From NCBI GenBank assembly GCA_044225365.1, contig JBGAIQ010000003.1, forward strand, positions 160,001 through 224,000: a stretch of DNA of 64,000 nucleotides. The letters run 5' to 3'. This DNA is from Planctomycetota bacterium (GTDB lineage Bacteria; Planctomycetota; B15-G4; JADJEK01). Below the pieces are notes generated by a model, which ran no database searches, was not told the origin of the DNA, and was given only the letters and a program-made list of their open reading frames with translations. Shown here in pieces: positions 60,011-64,000 of the stretch (position 1 is its first letter; each line of letters begins with the position of its first letter). A program made the translations under genes and the position numbers.

Positions 60011-62476
60011 TCACTTTCTCGTGCGCGGCACTACGTCGGAGAGGGCACGTAGCCGAGGCGACATCTTCGAGATCGCGTCTTGGGGCAGGAGCGTCTCGCC
60101 GAGCCGAAGACGCTGACGCAAGGCAGCGCAGTCGCGCAGCGTCGAGTCGAGGAACGTCTTGAAGCGCGTGCTTCGCGCGGACTCCGCCGCGATCTCGTTC
60201 GTTCGTTCGCCGGGATCCGTGAGCAGGTCGTATGCTTCGCGATCGATCCTCGACCCGAAGGATGACGGCGACGAGGATGGCGGGGAAGGCGAAGCGCTCT
60301 CGACGTACTCGAACCCCGACGCGATCACCGCGTCGCTCAGGCCGCGCTGCGGATCGTGAACGCGCGCGAGGATCGGCCGGAACGGCAACTCCTTGGCACT
60401 TTCCCGCTCGACCCCGCCGAGCAAGACACCCTGCGCGTCCGGCATCGGCGGTAGACCCGCGAGATCGAGGATCGTCGGAGCCACGTCGACGAGGCTCACC
60501 GCCGTATCGACGACGACGCCCGCGGTCTGGAAGGGCGCCTTCACGATCAAGGGCACGCGGAGCGATTCGTCGTAGAGCGTCTCGCCGTGTCCGAATCGTC
60601 CATGCTCGAACAACTCCTGCCCGTGATCCGCGAGCACGACGACGAGAGTGCGATCGAACGTGCCGCGATCGATCAGACGGCGCACGACGTCCCCCACCAT
60701 CTGATCGGCGGCCATCACCGTCGCGTCGTAGGCGATGCGCAGGCGCGCCGGGTCCGCTTCGGAAACGGCGCCGGGCGCGATCTTGAACCGCTCCGCGAGC
60801 GGCTTCGGCGGCAGGAAACCCTGAGCCATGAGCGTGTGGAGGAAGAGAAATGCGGGCGCCGTCGGTTCCTCGTCCAGGAAGTCGAAGGCGCGGGACAACG
60901 AGCCGGTCGTGCCGTCGGGGAAGCGCCCGTTCGTGACGCCGATCCCCGCGGACCCGCGATCGCCGATCGGGTCGACCTCGCAGAAACGGTCGAATCCGCG
61001 CGCGAAGCCGAACGCCTCGGAAACGGTACCGCCGCCAGTGAAGGCCGCGGTCCGGTAACCGTGCTTCGCGATCGTAGTCGTCACGAGCGGGACGTCGCCG
61101 CCTACGCATCGCGTGGTGTCCTCCACGCCGTGTGTCGCGGGCAGGAGGGAGGAGAACAGTGTCGCATGGCTCGGCAGCGTCCACGGTGCGTTGGCGTAGG
61201 CGTGCGAGAAGCGAGTGCCGCGTTGCGCGAGCCAATCGATGTTCGGAGTGAGCCCCGCCTTGTTGCCCGCGCTCCCGAGGCGATCCGCGCGCAGGCCGTC
61301 GAGACAGAGAAGGACGATGTCCGGAGCGGGCGCAAACCTGGTCCATCCGCCGCGGGCTCCATCGTGCGATCCCATCAGCACGGGTTCGCAGAAGAACACG
61401 AGCGACGGATCGCTGGCGACAGCGACGTCACTGTCTCCGAGTTCGGCTTCGAACTCGAGGTGCACTCGGCGCCCCGCCTGCGCCAAAAGATCGATGCGCA
61501 CGAGCGCTGCCGAGGAATCGGCGGGCGGCGGTGCGTCGTCGTAGAGGCGCGTTCGCGTCCCTCCGTCGACGACTTCGATCCGCGCCTTCGGCGCAACGCC
61601 GCTCGATCGATGCGAAGCGACTCGCAGCGCTAGGACCGCGTCGGGCGGGACCGCGAACTCCACCGTCGACAGCACTCCGCCTGTCGGTACGACGAGGCAA
61701 GGCGACGCGATCGCGCCGAGTTCGACATTCGCGACGAAATGATCGGAAATGGCATTGGTCGCCACGTACTGCGCGAGCGGCGGGAGTTCGAAGACCTTCA
61801 CCGCCGCGACGCGCTCGAAGCGATCACCGTTCGCCGTGGCGAGCAGCAGCACCGAGCGCGTCCCGGGCGGCGGATAGACGATCGCCTGCGCATTCACCTC
61901 GTCGCCGAGCGGCGGGACGAGCGCCGTGGCGATCCGACCCTTCCCAAATCGCGCTCGCAATGCACCGAGAGGCAATCGCGGCACGAGTTCGGGATGATCG
62001 TCGCCCAGGAAGACGACGCTGAGCGTGAGATGCCCCGCGGCTTCGAACGATCCCGCGGCTTCGATCAGCAACGGCGCGCTTCCGACGCGCGGCAACGCGA
62101 ACGCGCATCCGACTTGCGGCGGCAGATGCAACACCGGAATACCGAGTTGACGCCGTAGCGAGTCGTAGGAGACTCCGGGCGGCGCGTAGTCCTTCGGTTC
62201 TCGAGATCCTTCGGAGAGTTCGTTCGCGATGCCGAAGTAGCGCCACTCGGAGCGGCCATCGAGCGCACACACCTCGCGGCAGTGTTCGCGGAGCGGACCT
62301 TCGCGCTTCACGAGGGAGAGTTCCGGAGTCGTGATCGAAGCGATGGCCTCGTTCGTCGCGAAGCGCAGGAGCACACCTCGGGAAGTCTCGCCCGGGCGCC
62401 GCAAGAGAGCGAAGCCGACGCTCAGCGCGCCGATCACGACGAGCACGCCGAAGAGGACGCCGAGCCGGCGCTTCAT
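60011..62476 (-). CDS. Membrane-anchored sulfatase-like (alkaline phosphatase superfamily) protein
   Basis: N-terminal TM; DIVLLCLDGLRAD, TPNID, ANAPWTLPSHATLF, ADHGQ, GHGETLY, VPLIV, SLVDVAPTILDL, YDLLTDPGE. Confidence 0.88.
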   Translation of the reverse strand: MKRRLGVLFGVLVVIGALSVGFALLRRPGETSRGVLLRFATNEAIASITTPELSLVKREGPLREHCREVCALDGRSEWRYFGIANELSEGSREPKDYAPPGVSYDSLRRQLGIPVLHLPPQVGCAFALPRVGSAPLLIEAAGSFEAAGHLTLSVVFLGDDHPELVPRLPLGALRARFGKGRIATALVPPLGDEVNAQAIVYPPPGTRSVLLLATANGDRFERVAAVKVFELPPLAQYVATNAISDHFVANVELGAIASPCLVVPTGGVLSTVEFAVPPDAVLALRVASHRSSGVAPKARIEVVDGGTRTRLYDDAPPPADSSAALVRIDLLAQAGRRVHLEFEAELGDSDVAVASDPSLVFFCEPVLMGSHDGARGGWTRFAPAPDIVLLCLDGLRADRLGSAGNKAGLTPNIDWLAQRGTRFSHAYANAPWTLPSHATLFSSLLPATHGVEDTTRCVGGDVPLVTTTIAKHGYRTAAFTGGGTVSEAFGFARGFDRFCEVDPIGDRGSAGIGVTNGRFPDGTTGSLSRAFDFLDEEPTAPAFLFLHTLMAQGFLPPKPLAERFKIAPGAVSEADPARLRIAYDATVMAADQMVGDVVRRLIDRGTFDRTLVVVLADHGQELFEHGRFGHGETLYDESLRVPLIVKAPFQTAGVVVDTAVSLVDVAPTILDLAGLPPMPDAQGVLLGGVERESAKELPFRPILARVHDPQRGLSDAVIASGFEYVESASPSPPSSSPSSFGSRIDREAYDLLTDPGERTNEIAAESARSTRFKTFLDSTLRDCAALRQRLRLGETLLPQDAISKMSPRLRALSDVVPRTRK

Positions 62477-62504
62477 CGCGGATCCATCCGTCTTCGGATT
62501 CTCG

Positions 62505-63407
62505 TCACAGCGCGAGCAGTCGCTTCGCGTTGCCGTGGAAGATCGCCTCGCGCGTCGCGGCGTCGGCCCCGATCTTCTCGAGAGCCTCACGCTGCTGCGA
62601 GAGCAGGTCGTCCCGCCAACCACGTGGCAGCGTCGACGAATCGGTGCCGAACAAGATGCGGTCCTTCGAGAACACCGGCAGGGCGCGCGCGAAGACGTCG
62701 GCGAGCGTGAGCTTCGACTCCTGCGTCGCAAGCCACGAGTTCGACGACGAGGTGTCGACGTACACGTTCTCGCACTGGCTGCCGAGCATGAGCGTCTCGC
62801 GGAACATCCCCGCGCCGAAGTGTGGGACGACGAAGCGTGCGCGGCGGAAACGGTTCGCCGCGGGCGCGATCAGCAATGGATCGGCGAAGCGGAAGTCGTA
62901 GGGCCTCGGGATCTCGAGGAGATCGCGGAGCTTCACTTGCAGGAGCCCGCAATGGACGACCGCGATCGCTCCGAGCTCGTCGACGACCTCGAAGACGGCG
63001 GCGGCCTCCGGCCCACTCGGGTCGAAGCGATGCATCGCCGGGAAGAGCAGGATCCCCGAGAATCCATGAGTCGTCAGCAGCGCCCGTACCTTGTCCTTCG
63101 CACCCTCCGCGAGTGGATGGACGAGGGCGAACGTAGTCATCCGACCGGCGGCGAGTCGTTTCGCCTCGACCAGGCTCGCGACCTCCTCGGGCAGACTCGC
63201 GAAGCTCACGAGATGATCGACGCCGCAGCGATCGAGCTCCTTCTTCCACCGTTCCCAGTGCTGCGCCACGTCGCGGCTCGGCAGTTCGAGGCCGGTCTTC
63301 GCAGCGACGCGCGCGAGCTTCTCCTCCGGCGTACCGGGCAGGGGCGAGATCTTCGCGAGCGTCTCGAAGAAGGCGTAGGAGAAGAAGTGGGAGTGGAAGT
63401 CGATCAT
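62505..63407 (-). CDS. Amidohydrolase family 2 protein
   Basis: MIDFHSH, VVHCG, VVPHFG, NVYVDTS, ILFGTD, IFHGNAKRL. Confidence 0.9.
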   Translation of the reverse strand: MIDFHSHFFSYAFFETLAKISPLPGTPEEKLARVAAKTGLELPSRDVAQHWERWKKELDRCGVDHLVSFASLPEEVASLVEAKRLAAGRMTTFALVHPLAEGAKDKVRALLTTHGFSGILLFPAMHRFDPSGPEAAAVFEVVDELGAIAVVHCGLLQVKLRDLLEIPRPYDFRFADPLLIAPAANRFRRARFVVPHFGAGMFRETLMLGSQCENVYVDTSSSNSWLATQESKLTLADVFARALPVFSKDRILFGTDSSTLPRGWRDDLLSQQREALEKIGADAATREAIFHGNAKRLLAL

Positions 63408-63448
63408 CGGAGAAAGGATACGGTCGCGCTTCGCGATCGGCCAGACGG

Positions 63449-64000
63449 TCACTTCTTCGGCGGTGCGCGCGAGATCTTCGTCGCTTTCGAGATCGACCGG
63501 ATCGCGAGCGCATGAGCGGAGCGGGGATCGAGCGTGACGAACGCACCGTACAGGACCTCGTCGTCCTTCATCGTGCGAATCTGCGGCGGCAGCTCGACGT
63601 GCGCGTGGCCCGTCGCGTCGATCACGCCCTTGAACGGCGCGTAGGACGAGCAGAACTGCAGCCAAGGATGGACGCCCACCGGGACCTTGCGCGATCCGAG
63701 ATCGAGCTCGGGCTCCTGCACCGGCGAGACATAGACCTGGAACGAGTCGTTCGGCTCGGCAGTGAGCCGCAGGTTCGCCGGCCGGCCGTCGGCGTCGCGC
63801 TCGATCTCGATCGAGATCTCCTTCTTCAAGTTCCGGGTCGGCGCGTACTCGTCGGGGGGCAGTCGCGCCGCAGCGAGCCCCGCACTTGCGAACGCCTTTA
63901 CGATGTCGCGCGACTCGAGCTGATAACCCGCTTCCGCCGGATGACTGTCCTCGAACAGGATCGCGTCGTAGCCGTAGGTTGCCACGTAGTCCTTGAACGC
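63449..64000 (-). CDS. Hypothetical protein, C-terminal part (start outside the window)
   Basis: Frame continues to the window edge; C-terminus GVIDATGHAHVELP...LYGAFVTLDP...IRSIS. Confidence 0.65.
   Translation of the reverse strand, partial: AFKDYVATYGYDAILFEDSHPAEAGYQLESRDIVKAFASAGLAAARLPPDEYAPTRNLKKEISIEIERDADGRPANLRLTAEPNDSFQVYVSPVQEPELDLGSRKVPVGVHPWLQFCSSYAPFKGVIDATGHAHVELPPQIRTMKDDEVLYGAFVTLDPRSAHALAIRSISKATKISRAPPKK

Noticed and set aside
718-63515. Many long antisense or alternate-frame ORFs (e.g. 718..3135+, 17616..19859-, 40944..43385+, 46665..49811-)
   Set aside because: Arg/Ala-rich shadow frames of real genes, expected at this GC content, with no motifs

Overview
High-GC chromosomal window, probably from an uncultured Planctomycetota lineage. 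That assignment is an inference from ECF sigma factors fused to large extracytoplasmic domains, kinase-FGE fusions, a giant TPR/alpha-2-macroglobulin-like gene, and FG-GAP and sulfatase-like proteins. About 37 CDSs and tRNA-Ala(GGC) are supported. Housekeeping genes: iscS-thiI, nagB, purE-purK, pdxH, a ClpA/C-type ATPase, a CCA-type nucleotidyltransferase and an acyl-CoA dehydrogenase. No CRISPR, integrase, transposase or reverse transcriptase is visible. Most notable observations: (1) an AT-rich intergenic region with DnaA boxes (candidate oriC, no dnaA nearby) next to an unknown amphipathic-helix/coiled-coil/TM protein; (2) tandem NrdR-like boxes in front of the CCA enzyme gene; (3) three membrane-tethered ECF sigma fusions, each with an in-frame Met just before the TM helix and a good SD in two of them; (4) a decayed sbtA bicarbonate transporter, absent as an intact ORF from the track, divergent from purE-purK; (5) a pseudokinase-kinase-TM-FGE receptor and its paralog; (6) a CPA2-RCK-CBS-PTS EIIA fusion; (7) a DEDDh exonuclease-WYL fusion behind iscS-thiI; (8) a thioester-less, internally duplicated alpha-2-macroglobulin-like giant protein; (9) a duplicated 61-bp palindromic element. 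All family calls come from reading motifs by eye. No database searches were run, and many start codons were re-chosen manually.
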